Shown here in pieces: positions 1 through 12,207 of a stretch of 64,000 nt of DNA. Origin of the DNA: Eledone cirrhosa (taxonomy: Eukaryota); assembly GCA_964016885.1 (NCBI GenBank), contig OZ024740.1:69564001-69628000 (forward strand), written 5' to 3'. Position numbers and translations under genes: made by a program. Numbering within the stretch: the first letter of the stretch is position 1; each line of letters begins with the position of its first letter. The notes beneath the pieces are model-generated. The model was not told the DNA's origin. It did no database searches and saw only the letters and a program-made list of their open reading frames with translations.

Positions 1-244
1 TGTCTGTATTATGTACCTCCAGTATTATAAACTTTCTTACTACAACTGTGAAATGAAAAGTTCCAAGAAACCCACGATCCACTGAGAGAAACTAAAATAT
101 AAGAATTCGCTACAAAATGTATTTTCATTCCAGATTGATTTTTATTTTTTAGTTTGATATTTAATGCTAATGTTTCATTAGGTACTCCACATCGATGATT
201 CAAACTATAGACAACAGATACACACATACACCCACAGAAACAAA

Positions 245-247
<3 letters not shown>

Positions 248-341
<94 letters not shown>
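248..341. repeat. (CA)n microsatellite, representative of dozens of (CA)n/(TA)n/(GA)n tracts in the window
   Basis: Pure dinucleotide run. Such runs account for most short ORFs in the ORF track. Confidence 0.97.
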
Positions 342-342
<1 letters not shown>

Positions 343-343
<1 letters not shown>

Positions 344-460
344 GCGCGTGGCTGAGTGGTTAGGGAATTAGATTCGCAATCGTAAGGTTGTGAGTTCGAT
401 TCCTGGACGAGGCGATGCGTTATGTCCTTGAGCAAGACACTTTATTTCACGTTGCTCCTT
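343..460 (+). mobile_element. tRNA-derived SINE, 5' part
   Basis: A-box TGGCTGAGTGG and B-box GTTCGATTCC, followed by GTCCTTGAGCAAGACACTTTA (CORE-like body). Confidence 0.75.
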
Positions 461-559
461 CTACCTGGAGTTGCGACCGAAAGATAGTATTAGCAATTGG
501 AAAGACCAACGGAAACATTGTTCCCTCGGTCCGATTTGACGAAAGTCGATCGTTCCTTT

Positions 560-614
<55 letters not shown>

Positions 615-654
615 ATAGATAAATACATATCTATATATACATATATATATATCA

Positions 655-945
655 ATGATATTAAATAAATGGAAACTATATTTATAAAACCATATTTATT
701 CTATTATATTATTTCAAGGGTACCAATACTTATGTACGCTCTCATCAGATAAAATACAAAGTTTATTTTATAAATATTGACATATCCAGGAAGAGGATCT
801 TAACGGTTCAAGGTTTTCCTGGATAGTTTCCATTTATTTAATATCATTGATATTATACTCCAGAAAATCTGTCGAATGCTTCGAATCAGTTATAAACATA
901 TATATTTGTTGAATTACCAACAAATTAAATATTCCTTTATGCTTA
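655..945. mobile_element. PLE pLTR fold-back remnant (same family as 6945-8063)
   Basis: Similar to 6945-7130 and 7960-8060; flanked by (TA)n. Confidence 0.7.
697..756 (-). ncRNA. Minimal type I hammerhead ribozyme
   Basis: Minus strand reads TATTTTAT-CTGATGA-GAGCGTAC..GTACCCTT-GAAA-TAATA-TA-ATAGAATA. Confidence 0.75.
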
Positions 946-1129
946 TATATATATATGGATGTTTGCGTGTGTGAGTGTGCGTGAGAGAGAGAGTGTGGTG
1001 GGGGGAGTACGGTTGTATAAAAGTGTATGTCTGGGTGAGTGCTTATGTATATATAGTTATGAATGTATGTGCATGTGTAAGCATGTATATTTATGTATAT
1101 TGAATACAGCATTAACGAATTGTTACGTA

Positions 1130-1400
1130 CGCGAAGCAACAACCAGGTCTCGGGTGTCAAACCTCACGTAGTATATTGGTCAAGTGCCATTTACCATCAC
1201 CTCAGTACTAACCATGCATTCTGAGTGAAATTAGATACACGAAAACTGTTCGTATGCACGGCGGTTTGACTGTACCTGTAATTCAAGCGTCACAGTCTTG
1301 CCTCACAGTGTAACGCTGAATGACCTTGACATTTACAGTAAGGGTAGACGTAAATGTGAAATGCTCAACCGCATACACGGAGATGTAATGAGTATGATGT
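1130..1400 (+). mobile_element. Degenerate SINE body (relatives at ~28555-28845 and ~60655-60910)
   Basis: Shared blocks such as TGTACCTGTAATTCAA, CACAGTG..CTGAA and TTACAGTAAGGGTA recur in the three regions. Confidence 0.45.
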
Positions 1401-1682
1401 TCGGTTGATATTGGGTCTAAAAGCGTCGAAATGAGTGCAAATCCAATCATTCATGTATATATCTATGTATACGTTTGTGTGTATGCCGGTTTGTTTTTCT
1501 CTGAGTTTGTATGTATGCATATAGAGATATGTACACTCGCATGTATATAAGCATGAATATACGTATATATGCATATAGGATTCTCACATGACGTATTGAG
1601 TACTATTCTATTATAGACTTCGATAGATACATATGCATTCAAACATCCCATACATACACAAGCATACACAATACACACAGAA

Positions 1683-1824
<142 letters not shown>

Positions 1825-2169
1825 ATATTTTCGAAATATCATAATGCAGTTGTTGAAACTCTGAAACAATTGGATCTCAGAATAGTCATTTTAACCATTT
1901 AAGAGCACTCAAATATCGTTATGTTCACTTTTTCGTTTACTTCTTATCATAAATAGGTAATTATATATATATATATAATATACATCCGAATATATATATA
2001 TATATATACACACACATACATATTTATGCCCACGATTTCCCGTCTATATGTGTGTGCATATACGTTAGTATGTATACATGCATATAAATATAAATATATG
2101 CGTGTGTCTGTGTATGTGCGTCAGTCTCTTTGTATATATATATATATATACACAGAGCCAGACGCACAC

Positions 2170-2203
<34 letters not shown>

Positions 2204-2981
2204 TTATATGTGTGAGTGTGTGTACTTCTGAATTTCTGTATGTGTTATTATGAATGCATGCACTAAAAATATTACTGAAAAGCAGCAATTTGTGACCTTT
2301 CAGCTTCCTTACAATAGTTCTTTTTACTGTTGTCTAATATGGTTACATGGTAATCGTAGGTCGAAAATGGATGAACGTGTTGACGGAATAAGTGGCCTGC
2401 CAAATACATACTTTGCTACTCTGTCAGTGCCTATTCCATATCAATTCTGCCAACATAAAACAGATATAGATTAACTCTTACTAACACCTTTTTACACTGC
2501 CTTCTTTCTCTCTATTAGAATGGTAACCTAATTTGACAATAGGCCAAGATGGACGATTTGACTCATTAGCAATTCTTCGGCTTCTTTTCAATACTATATT
2601 CCAAGTCCGGTCAGGCTATTTTCTAAGTATATACGATTTGAAGTGTGTTGAGGTGGGAATATATAAGTTGGGTTGGAGGGGTTGAGTGATTCTTTCTTTT
2701 TTCATCTTTCTTTTTATTTTGTACTTTTCATTGTTGTTTTCACTTTTGTTTTTTTTTGTTTTTGTTGTTACAGTGTCCGAATGTCTCCACGAACGATTTA
2801 CAACCAGCAACCGGCAGCAAACAGCCAGTACATTAACTCATACAACCACAATTATTTCTCAGCCAGACACGCTGGTCATTGAAAACAATGGCGCTTTCGC
2901 CGTTACTCGACGTGTTTCTTCCAACAAATATGAGACGTAGTTTTTCGTGGACATTTCTCTCGATGTTGAGTAGAAATTAAA

Positions 2982-3029
<48 letters not shown>

Positions 3030-3315
3030 CCCCCTCTCTCTCTTTCACATTCTCTCTCTCTCTCTTTCTTTCTCTCTCTCTCTTTCTCTCTACATAACTC
3101 ACTCCCCCTCTCTCTCTCTGTTCATATACATACTCAAATTTATATATGTGTATATGTATATATATATATATGTGTGTGTGTATATATATGTATGTATATG
3201 AACAGACAGAGCGAGAGAGAGGGAGTGATATATTTATATATATATATATATATATATATGCATACATACATATGTGTGAGTGTATATATACATAGATATA
3301 CATACACATATATAC

Positions 3316-3386
<71 letters not shown>

Positions 3387-5364
3387 CTGTGTGTTTACAT
3401 GTATATATCACGATCCTTTTCATTATTTTTTTTTTATTTGTTTTATTGCCTTTTATTCTCAAATTTGTTTTTATTTTAATATTTCCTCATTTTTGTCATT
3501 TGCTTTTATTTCATTCTTTGTATTAGATTCTTTTTATTCGTTAGCTTGCTCTATAGTTTATATTCTATGCGTTCCTCGTCCCAACTCCAGCCACGACTCA
3601 CAACGACACCAGAAACAGCATGTACAACAACAGCATAACAAAGCAACAACAACAGCTGTAGCATCAGTAGCAGCGCTAACTGCGACGATAACGAAAACAA
3701 GGAAAAGACATGATTGGCAATACCAAACAACAACAATGCATGCAACTAATTATCTCCAGTCCCTTTTTCTTACATTACTATCGTTTCATTCAATCTCCAA
3801 ACCTGACAGGTTACATCCCGACCAAGTCTTCTTCTTTCACTTCACTTTCTCATTTTCCTCTACTCAACTTCTTTGCTTTCACCCTTCCCAAACGTTCGAC
3901 CCCACCACCAGTTCCCCTTTTTCATTCCCTACTTCCTTTCTTCTACCACACCCCGACGACCATTCCCTTGTCTTTCTCTCTCTCTCTTTCTCCTTTTCTC
4001 TCTCTCACACCACGCACACACAACATACGAATACATCACTAATACAGCAGTGTATAGACGGCGAACACAATCGTATTTTCTTCTAAAAGCTGTTCTTTTT
4101 ATGCGTGTCGGGGTCTCTCAGAGAAAAATCTGATGCTTTGTTTTGCAACAACCTTCTTGCAATTAGATGGAAATTGCATGAAATTCCACGAATTTCATTC
4201 TTCTTGCAGAGGGGGCTGTTGTTATATTTCTTTGGTTTTGTTCGGAACTGATGCATTCTTGAAGATGTCTTTTGTTGTTGCTTTGTTAAAGCGGTTCGTC
4301 TCTGAAGTGAAAATACAAAGCCTTTTTATTCCATCTGCCTATTGATTAGACCTCGTCGTCTGAAAGATTAAAGTCCGTATTGTTATTGATTTTTGTTTGT
4401 TTGTTCTCCTTCGTTTTATTTTTTTTATTTTTTAGTTATATTGTTGTTATTGTCGTTGTAGTAAAATTTGTTTTTGCTGTTTTTATGAAGGAATAACTCT
4501 AGCATCCACAATAACTCAGTCGTATTAGAAAGAATTGTTTCGACTGAGACAATTTACAATAACTTAACATAGATGTTAGAAACATAACATACATTTTGCA
4601 TGCGACAGCAGAAATTAGAAGAACGTGAATATCAATAACACTGATATTGGTAAAATACACACACACACACACACACACATACGCACACACGCACGCACAC
4701 AAATACACACACACAGAAACATATATATATATATAGAGAGATGAGAGAGAGAATCTGCGGTGTTAAGAGCGTGTAGGCTACTGATCATGGGAGCAATCAA
4801 TACACGGGGAAATGCAGAGTGGGTATAGAGATATGTAAGATCCTGACAAACGGTTTTGCATTGTGTGTTCAAGCAAGCCTTTTTCAAGGGTGCAGTGATA
4901 TTTGTGGGGTTTGAAAAAATAGGTCCCTTGTCTTGGTAGAGCTTTGGTTGAATTTATCATAGTAGTAAACTGGTCGCAACGGGGAAAGTGAGAGAGGGGG
5001 CAGAAAATGGTAAGTGTATCTGGACAGGCAAAGGGTGAGAAGAAGGAAGTAGTGTAAGTGGGACTTGGTATGATTAGTGAGTATGTGTGGAGTATGAGGG
5101 AAAGGGGCATAATAGTCACAGGAATAGGGTGAGGGTAAAGCTATTTATAAACAGGATTTGGAAGCAGAGGGAGTATTTTACGGTGGAGAATAGGAAGTAG
5201 GTTATATAGAAATAAAGGATAAAAGGGTTAAATTGGAGCAAATAAAGAAATAAGATCAAGTAAAATATAAGGGTGTAACAATTGGTACTATGGGTTGCTA
5301 ACCAGTGATAAAGTGTATGTATTATGTCTATGCATACACACAATCACACACACGTATATATATG

Positions 5365-5396
<32 letters not shown>

Positions 5397-5811
5397 GGTG
5401 TGTGCGTGTGTGTATGTATGTGTGTGTGTGTCTGTCTGTGTGTATGTCTGTGTGTGTGCGCGTGCGTGTGTATATGCTCAAGCATACTGAAGCACAGTTA
5501 TAGTACATGGAACACTCAGAAAATCGCGCTAAAGTTACATGATTTGAGTAATGGGTCTCTTGAGCTACGCGTACATTTCACACTCCGAAGCTGTAATGAT
5601 GAAATACTGAGATAAGGTTATTTAAAAGAGAACCAACAGTGCCACCTCCACATGAATTTCAAGGTTTTCAGATAATCAAATTTTGGTTGTGAATTTACTC
5701 TACTTTTCACACAATACTTTAACTAACATCTATTGATTTCTTTTGATTTGATATTCAACAGGAAATGGCAAGTTACAGATACATTTATACATACACACCC
5801 ACCTCTCTCTC

Positions 5812-5844
<33 letters not shown>

Positions 5845-6684
5845 AATATACACTCCCCTATACACAGATACATAATTATACATAGATATTTATGTAGCAG
5901 AAGTACTTGCCCAAGATGCCGTTCTACTTAATGAAGATGGAAGCTGAAAACATGAAGTTGACTAAAGAATTTCATAATCACACATCCATTCCTAAGACCC
6001 GGGTGGACCAACAGAACCGTTGGTAGGGGTCGAAACTGGCAAAATCCATTTTAACAGCCGATTACCCTGGAATCCCGACTGCATTGTGGAATTAGTCAGA
6101 TGTGACAAGACGCTTAAGACGGGTAGTGTTTAAAGTGCTGTAGCAGCCCGAACCTTCAACCTGGAAAAAATGATGTCATGTTAGTTTATTACAACCATAT
6201 CAATGCTGTATTAGTGTGGCTTTTACGTAGGTGAATTAAAAGTACCTGAAAAGAAAAGGTCTCAAAGATTCTTGAGTCTACCTCAGATATATATACATTT
6301 ATCAGCAGATTTTATAAACAATATTAAATAATATCGAATTATATAGTAATACACGAGAGATAAATAAATACAAAATCAGGGTATGTTCATTGTATTTAGA
6401 AATATTACATTATTATTGAAACATTTCATCAAAGCGTGTCTTTGTTTATTCAATCATATTTTAAAAGAACTTGAAAATATGGTTTAATTCTTTTTTTTCC
6501 TTTTCCTGAATATCGTTAGTGAAAATCTCTTTTAGTGTCAAGGTTGAATAATTAAACACGAGATGCGATGAAATACGTTCATGGCAGTGAACCATTGAAA
6601 TGTTGTAATAGCAATGAAGCAACGTATTGTTTCTATATCACACAAACTCAAACACATACACACACGCATACACACACACACACA

Positions 6685-6944
<260 letters not shown>

Positions 6945-6947
<3 letters not shown>

Positions 6948-8063
6948 ATATTAATAAATGAAACTATATTTATAAAACCATAATTATTTTATTATATATA
7001 TTTCAAGTGCAACCAAGGCAGTCTTGGTGCGCTTTCATCAGATAAAATACAAGATTTGTTTTATAGATATTGACATAACCGTGGAAAAACAACCTTGACG
7101 GTTGAAAGTTCGCTGGATATTGGAAACATTTTATTGAGGGTAATTCAAAGTTCTGTGTGAGTATGCAAATGAATGTCCGAAAAATTGAAAAAAAACGTTT
7201 ATTTAAATTATACTGTTGGAAGAAGAGAGAGAAAAAAGAAAGAGTGGAAAAACTACACGGAAAACCTTAATTAAATTTAACAACGATCTTTGGACCAGAG
7301 CAGATAGAGATAATAATTTCGATATCCCTATGGGGTCATCAGACTTGGCGCAATTAACAGATCTTGTGGGGTTTTTATTAACAATGCATTACATAGAAAA
7401 CTACCGGAGATAACCGGTGGTTTATAACGTGATGATATGCTGCTGTTAATTGAAAATAATAATAATTGTGAAATCAATAGACAAAGTAAATCAACAATAC
7501 AATTTTTTAATAGCTATAATCTTAAGTTAGAAATAGAGAATAATTATAAATAGTTAACTTTTTAGACGTAACATTAAACCTTAAACTGAGCTATACTATC
7601 CATTCGATAAAATTAATGAGATTTAAATTGTTAACTTTAACTCTAATCATCCGAGATCTGTTAAGAACACTATCGTAAATTCTGTACAGCAACGTATTTC
7701 TAGAATTTCAGCGAAATTAGTTTTTTTCAATTTTTCGGACATTCATTTGCATACTCACACACAACTTTGAATTACCCTCAATAAAAAATGTTTCCACTAT
7801 CCAGCGAACTTTCAACCGTCAAGGTTATTTTTCCACGGTAATGTCAATATTTATAAAACAAATCTTGTATTTTATCTGATGAAAGCGCACCAAGACTGCC
7901 TTGGTTGCCCTTGAAATATATATAAAATAATTATGGTTTTATAAATATAGTTTTCATTTATGAGTATATTGAATATTTACACCAGTACTTTGTTGAGTGC
8001 TTTATATCAGTTATAAAGTTTTAAGCTTGTTGGAATCCCAACAAATTAAATATAACTTCTGGA
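6945..8063 (+). mobile_element. Truncated Hydra-like PLE: inverted pLTR (6945-7180), RT fragment (~7250-7720), direct pLTR with tail (7735-8063)
   Basis: RKTLIKFNNDLWTRADRDNNFDIPMGSSDLAQLTDLVG is homologous to the RTs at 38172, 41630 and 46371; flanked by ~230-bp inverted repeats; stops and frameshifts present. Confidence 0.85.
6985..7049 (-). ncRNA. Minimal type I hammerhead ribozyme (mirror copy at 7868-7929, +)
   Basis: TATTTTAT-CTGATGA-AAGCGCACCAAG/CTTGGTTGCACTT-GAAA-TATATA-TA-ATAAAATA; perfect 8-bp stem I and palindromic stem III. Confidence 0.85.
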
Positions 8064-8077
8064 TATATATATATATA

Positions 8078-8372
8078 TTAGAAAGTGTGGGTTTTTTACA
8101 AAAAAAAAAAAACCAGGTGTCCTACACAAGGGAAGTATAAGGAAAAGAGATGAAAGCGAAAATGCAACTGGAGTCTCATTTTTTTTAAATCAATTTATTT
8201 GGTTCCTTTACGGTTTCGCATTTCTTGTGTTTTTCAAAAGTAGAAAAACCACAAACCCTCCATCTCAATTCTACTTTTGAAAAGCACAAGAACTGCGAAA
8301 CCGGTAAAGGAACCAAATAAATATATATTTTTTTAAAAAGACTGCAGTTGCATTTTCGATTTCATCTTTTTT

Positions 8373-8378
<6 letters not shown>
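8078..8378. mobile_element. pLTR fold-back element with HHR (second copy ~45700-45942)
   Basis: Inverted arms ~8137-8245 and 8269-8378; same family as 45730-45942; (TA)n flanks. Confidence 0.75.
8269..8312 (+). ncRNA. Hammerhead ribozyme, U3-A8 core variant
   Basis: TTC(TA)CTT-TTGAAAA-GCA CAAGAAC TGC-GAAA-CCGG-TA-AAGGAA; palindromic stem III ACCGGT. Confidence 0.65.
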
Positions 8379-8428
<50 letters not shown>

Positions 8429-8451
8429 ATGTATATATATATGTGTGTATA

Positions 8452-8614
8452 TATAACGAAGGAAGTGTGGTAAGGAACCATATGAGTATAACGCACCAGA
8501 GTTCTCAATACTTAGGGTAGTAGTGTGGGTAATAGGAAAATGTTTAACCCCGACGTCCAGAAATAGCGGTCGAAACGACTTGAGCTCTATCAGCGGGGTT
8601 AAACATTTTCCTAT
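8452..8614 (-). mobile_element. Short repeat with terminal inverted repeat, probably a PLE 3' end with 5' inversion (second copy ~25166-25332)
   Basis: Two diverged copies; 21-bp perfect IR at 8532-8552/8594-8614; microsatellite flanks. Confidence 0.55.
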
Positions 8615-8651
8615 ATATATACAATTTCTAGTTGATATATATATATATATA

Positions 8652-9230
8652 TATCAACTAGAAATTGATTGACAAATATATATATATATATCTAAAATAA
8701 CATATGAAACAATCACAGGGAATAATTTGTAAAAGTGTGTAAGCACACATAGCTATGTAGGTAACTAATTAAAGTTTAACTAGAACTTTAAAATAGATAC
8801 CTTATAAATGGATTAATTGTTGAGCTAACTCAGTTGAAAGGACTCGACTGCTATTTCTAGTTGCGATAACCCTATTCACGCCACTGGCATGAAGCTGGTA
8901 CAATGTGTGTATTTTTGAAAAGTGCAACACGAACTACTAGACATTCGCAGATTTGAATTTGCTGTGCAAACACAGATAGTTAAGTCTTCTTCCTTGTTGA
9001 AAATCCGATTTTTGGCTACTGTCGTTACCGAACGATTGATGGGGAAATATATTTCTGTAATGAATTATATACAAGGAAGATTAATCTATTTATAAGGTAT
9101 CTATTTTAAAGCTTTAGTTAAACTTTAATTAGTTACCTACATAGCTATGTGTGCTTACACACTTTTACAAATTATTCCCTATGTTTATTTTAGATATATA
9201 TATATATGTCAATGAATTTCTAGTTGATAT
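8652..9230. repeat. Fold-back element with ~150-bp inverted arms
   Basis: 8652-8817 is the reverse complement of 9079-9230. Confidence 0.75.
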
Positions 9231-9388
9231 AAAATGCTCGGATCTATTCATTGGAATCTTGGAGCATATTCTACAGTGGATATGGTGCATGTCTCTCTGA
9301 CATGACACCCTTAATTTAATTTAATTTAATTTTGACACCCTTAATTTAATCTAATTTAATTTTGTTTATATATATATATATATTGTTT

Positions 9389-9490
<102 letters not shown>

Positions 9491-9549
9491 ACTGTGTTTC
9501 CTCCAAAACATACACAACAAACATATCAAAACAAGTAAATAATTTATTA

Positions 9550-12207
9550 TTGAACAAAACACAAGCTGAACGGCTAAAATACACAATAACAGTTAATATG
9601 AAAAGAACAACATACACAAAAGTCAACACACTCTACAGACAAAAACGCATCAACGGTAAGGAAATCCGAAATCTCATCACAGCAAACGAGAGAGATGACT
9701 TCATGAGCGTCATCCGACGCGAAACGAAATATGCTCAAAACGAATGCTGTAGGCATTTCAAGAAGAAATTAGAATGGATGAATAAGAAAAAACTACAAGA
9801 AAGGAAAATCGAATATTCTCAAAAATACCCAGATAACATCGACAACATCCGTATGAGTGATGTAAAACTATCGGAAGAATTTACCAATGACCACACAGTA
9901 AATATCTATGGGAACACTTTAATCAGTGAACAAGAACAACAAATCCTAAAGTTACCACCAAAATTTGCCATCTACAAAAAGATTAACCCTATGGAATGCA
10001 AAACGGAGCTGGAAAAGTGTTTCACAAAAATACGTTGGAATGCAAAGGTAAACAACAACAACGATAATAACGGTAGTAGTAATATAAACAATAACTCTGG
10101 GTATAGAAATAACAGCCATAACCATAACAATGGCAGGAAAGTGAGAAATAGTGATAATGACAATAATACTAGCGATAGACAGAACAACAACAACCACAAT
10201 AATAATAATAATAGAAACGTTAACCACAGACACAGCAACAGTGACCACAGTAGTAATAACGGTAACAATACGAACAACAACAACAACAATAACCACAGTG
10301 GTAATAATGGAAATAGTACATGTAGCAACATCAACAAAAACAAGAAACATAATAATAGTAACAACCACAATGGTAGAAATAGCAGTAACAACAACAACAA
10401 TAACGGTGAAGTAAACAACAATACATCTAGCAATCATAACAATAATAATATTAATGCTAATGATAGAAACAACAACAACCACCATGATAACAATAATAGC
10501 AACACACACAACTATGACGATAGAAATAACGACAACCCCTTAGAGAAACTATTTTTCAACCCAGCTGACAAAACATATAAGATGGGTAATATCTATCCTA
10601 CGAGGTTACCCTTTAATAAAAGAGTTTGCATACCACAACAAATAGATGACGAGACAGAGGCACAGTTCACCATAGCTAGAAATAAGATTAGACAAATAGT
10701 AGACAGGTATACTAAGAGACAGAGCAGACCAGAGGCCCAACAACTTGGGATAAAACCTGTAGAAGGCTTGGTTAGCCTCAAGCAGCGCACAAGGGATGGT
10801 GAGGTAGTATGTCTACCCACGGATAAGTCTGGTAGGATGTCATTAGATAGCATGCCGAACTACATCAAGGCTATGCAACCCCAAATCACCAACACGAACG
10901 AAATTGCACAGTTCAATGAGAAAATCTACACCCAAAATGAGGGAGCAGCCATCGGCGTCAGCATAGCTGGTGATGTTGCCAACCTTTTCATGGTATGGTG
11001 GGAAAGGAGACTTAAAGATCTCCTTAATGAAAGCTCCATAGACCTCATCATGTACTCTCGTTATGTAGACGATATCAATATAGTTATAAGAACACCCCCA
11101 CTAGAGAGCACTAACAAGTTTAATTTAGAACGTAGCACGATGGAAAGCATCCACCAGATAGCTAATTCCATACACCAGAGTATAACTGTAACTATAGACT
11201 TCCCTTCCAAACACCCTAACAATAGACTACCTGTATTAGACACAGAACTCTGGATTAACACTATAGACGAGAGAGCCCAAATTCTCCACTCACACTATGC
11301 TAAACCCATGGCCTCCAAATACCTGATACTCAAAAACTCAGCAATGTCCAGTAGTGCTAAGTTTAATATTCTGATCGCAGATTTGGTACGAGTGATGAAG
11401 AATGTGTCCAGCATGTGCGACCCAACAGAAATGGAAGGACACATCCAACACTTCATCAACCGCATGCAGTTCTCTGGCTACAACCAAAGAGACAGAGTCA
11501 GAGTATACGAAGGAGCCATGGAAAAGTATAAGACCCTCATAGAACTGGACATGAAAGGAATTTGCCCACTATACAGGAGCAAATCATGGAATAGCTTAGA
11601 TAGGGCTAGACATAAGATAGGGAAGGCCACATCATGGTACGACAACCAGAGATATCAGAGTGTCATGTTTGTGGACGCCACCCCTGGAGGGAAATTAGCT
11701 AACCAGTGTAGAAAGGCCCTGAGAAAGACCCACTTAAAAATAAAGGTGGTAGAAAAGCCAGGAACCACCATAAAATCCCTGATCAGCAAAACCTACCCTT
11801 TTAAGAAAACCCACTGTACCAATAGGAAATGTATCATATGTAAGGTGAACCCCCGGATAAACTGTAAAACTAGAAACGTAGTCTATAGCATAAGATGTAC
11901 AGAGGGTACTTGCAGAAACATGACAACAACATACATAGGTGAGACAGCTCGTAGCATAGGTGAAAGGATAGACCAACACTGGGGGGAACTAAAAGGACGA
12001 AAAAACGGGTCAGTACTATACGAACATGCTAGACAACAACATGACGGTAACATAGACAACATAGAAATTAGAATAATATCTAAACATAGGAATGACCCAG
12101 CAGATAGGCAAATCAGAGAGGCCAGTGAAATAGAAATTAGAAGACCAAAGCTAAACAGAAAGAATGAGTGGAACAACAACAACACCCAAACAAACAACAC
12201 GACCTAA
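9550..12207 (+). CDS. Penelope-like (Naiad-type) RT + GIY-YIG endonuclease ORF; 5'-truncated, with an Asn-rich insert and an in-frame internal RT deletion
   Basis: Motifs LPTDKSG, QNEGAAIG..AGDVANLFM, RYVDD, LPVLD, HYAKPM, PLYR, FVDATPGG, a CxxxxCxxC linker, and VVY..YIGETARSIGERIDQH...EA...LN (GIY-YIG). The frame is open upstream into (TA)n at ~9488; the first ATG is at 9598. Confidence 0.9.
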   Translation: MNKTQAERLKYTITVNMKRTTYTKVNTLYRQKRINGKEIRNLITANERDDFMSVIRRETKYAQNECCRHFKKKLEWMNKKKLQERKIEYSQKYPDNIDNIRMSDVKLSEEFTNDHTVNIYGNTLISEQEQQILKLPPKFAIYKKINPMECKTELEKCFTKIRWNAKVNNNNDNNGSSNINNNSGYRNNSHNHNNGRKVRNSDNDNNTSDRQNNNNHNNNNNRNVNHRHSNSDHSSNNGNNTNNNNNNNHSGNNGNSTCSNINKNKKHNNSNNHNGRNSSNNNNNNGEVNNNTSSNHNNNNINANDRNNNNHHDNNNSNTHNYDDRNNDNPLEKLFFNPADKTYKMGNIYPTRLPFNKRVCIPQQIDDETEAQFTIARNKIRQIVDRYTKRQSRPEAQQLGIKPVEGLVSLKQRTRDGEVVCLPTDKSGRMSLDSMPNYIKAMQPQITNTNEIAQFNEKIYTQNEGAAIGVSIAGDVANLFMVWWERRLKDLLNESSIDLIMYSRYVDDINIVIRTPPLESTNKFNLERSTMESIHQIANSIHQSITVTIDFPSKHPNNRLPVLDTELWINTIDERAQILHSHYAKPMASKYLILKNSAMSSSAKFNILIADLVRVMKNVSSMCDPTEMEGHIQHFINRMQFSGYNQRDRVRVYEGAMEKYKTLIELDMKGICPLYRSKSWNSLDRARHKIGKATSWYDNQRYQSVMFVDATPGGKLANQCRKALRKTHLKIKVVEKPGTTIKSLISKTYPFKKTHCTNRKCIICKVNPRINCKTRNVVYSIRCTEGTCRNMTTTYIGETARSIGERIDQHWGELKGRKNGSVLYEHARQQHDGNIDNIEIRIISKHRNDPADRQIREASEIEIRRPKLNRKNEWNNNNTQTNNTT

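Noticed and set aside
343-410. tRNA gene
   Set aside because: A and B boxes are present but there is no acceptor stem, and the sequence continues into a SINE body.
2250-4400. Possible host-gene 5' region or exon (unique sequence, CT/GA tracts)
   Set aside because: No supported ORF or splice pair; it cannot be called without transcript data.
4750-5290. Possible decayed retroelement ORF on the minus strand (YFFKPHK)
   Set aside because: Only one weak motif; insufficient to classify.
9952-10509. Hydrophobic V/I/L-rich antisense ORFs
   Set aside because: Shadow frames of the Asn-rich (AAY)n insert.
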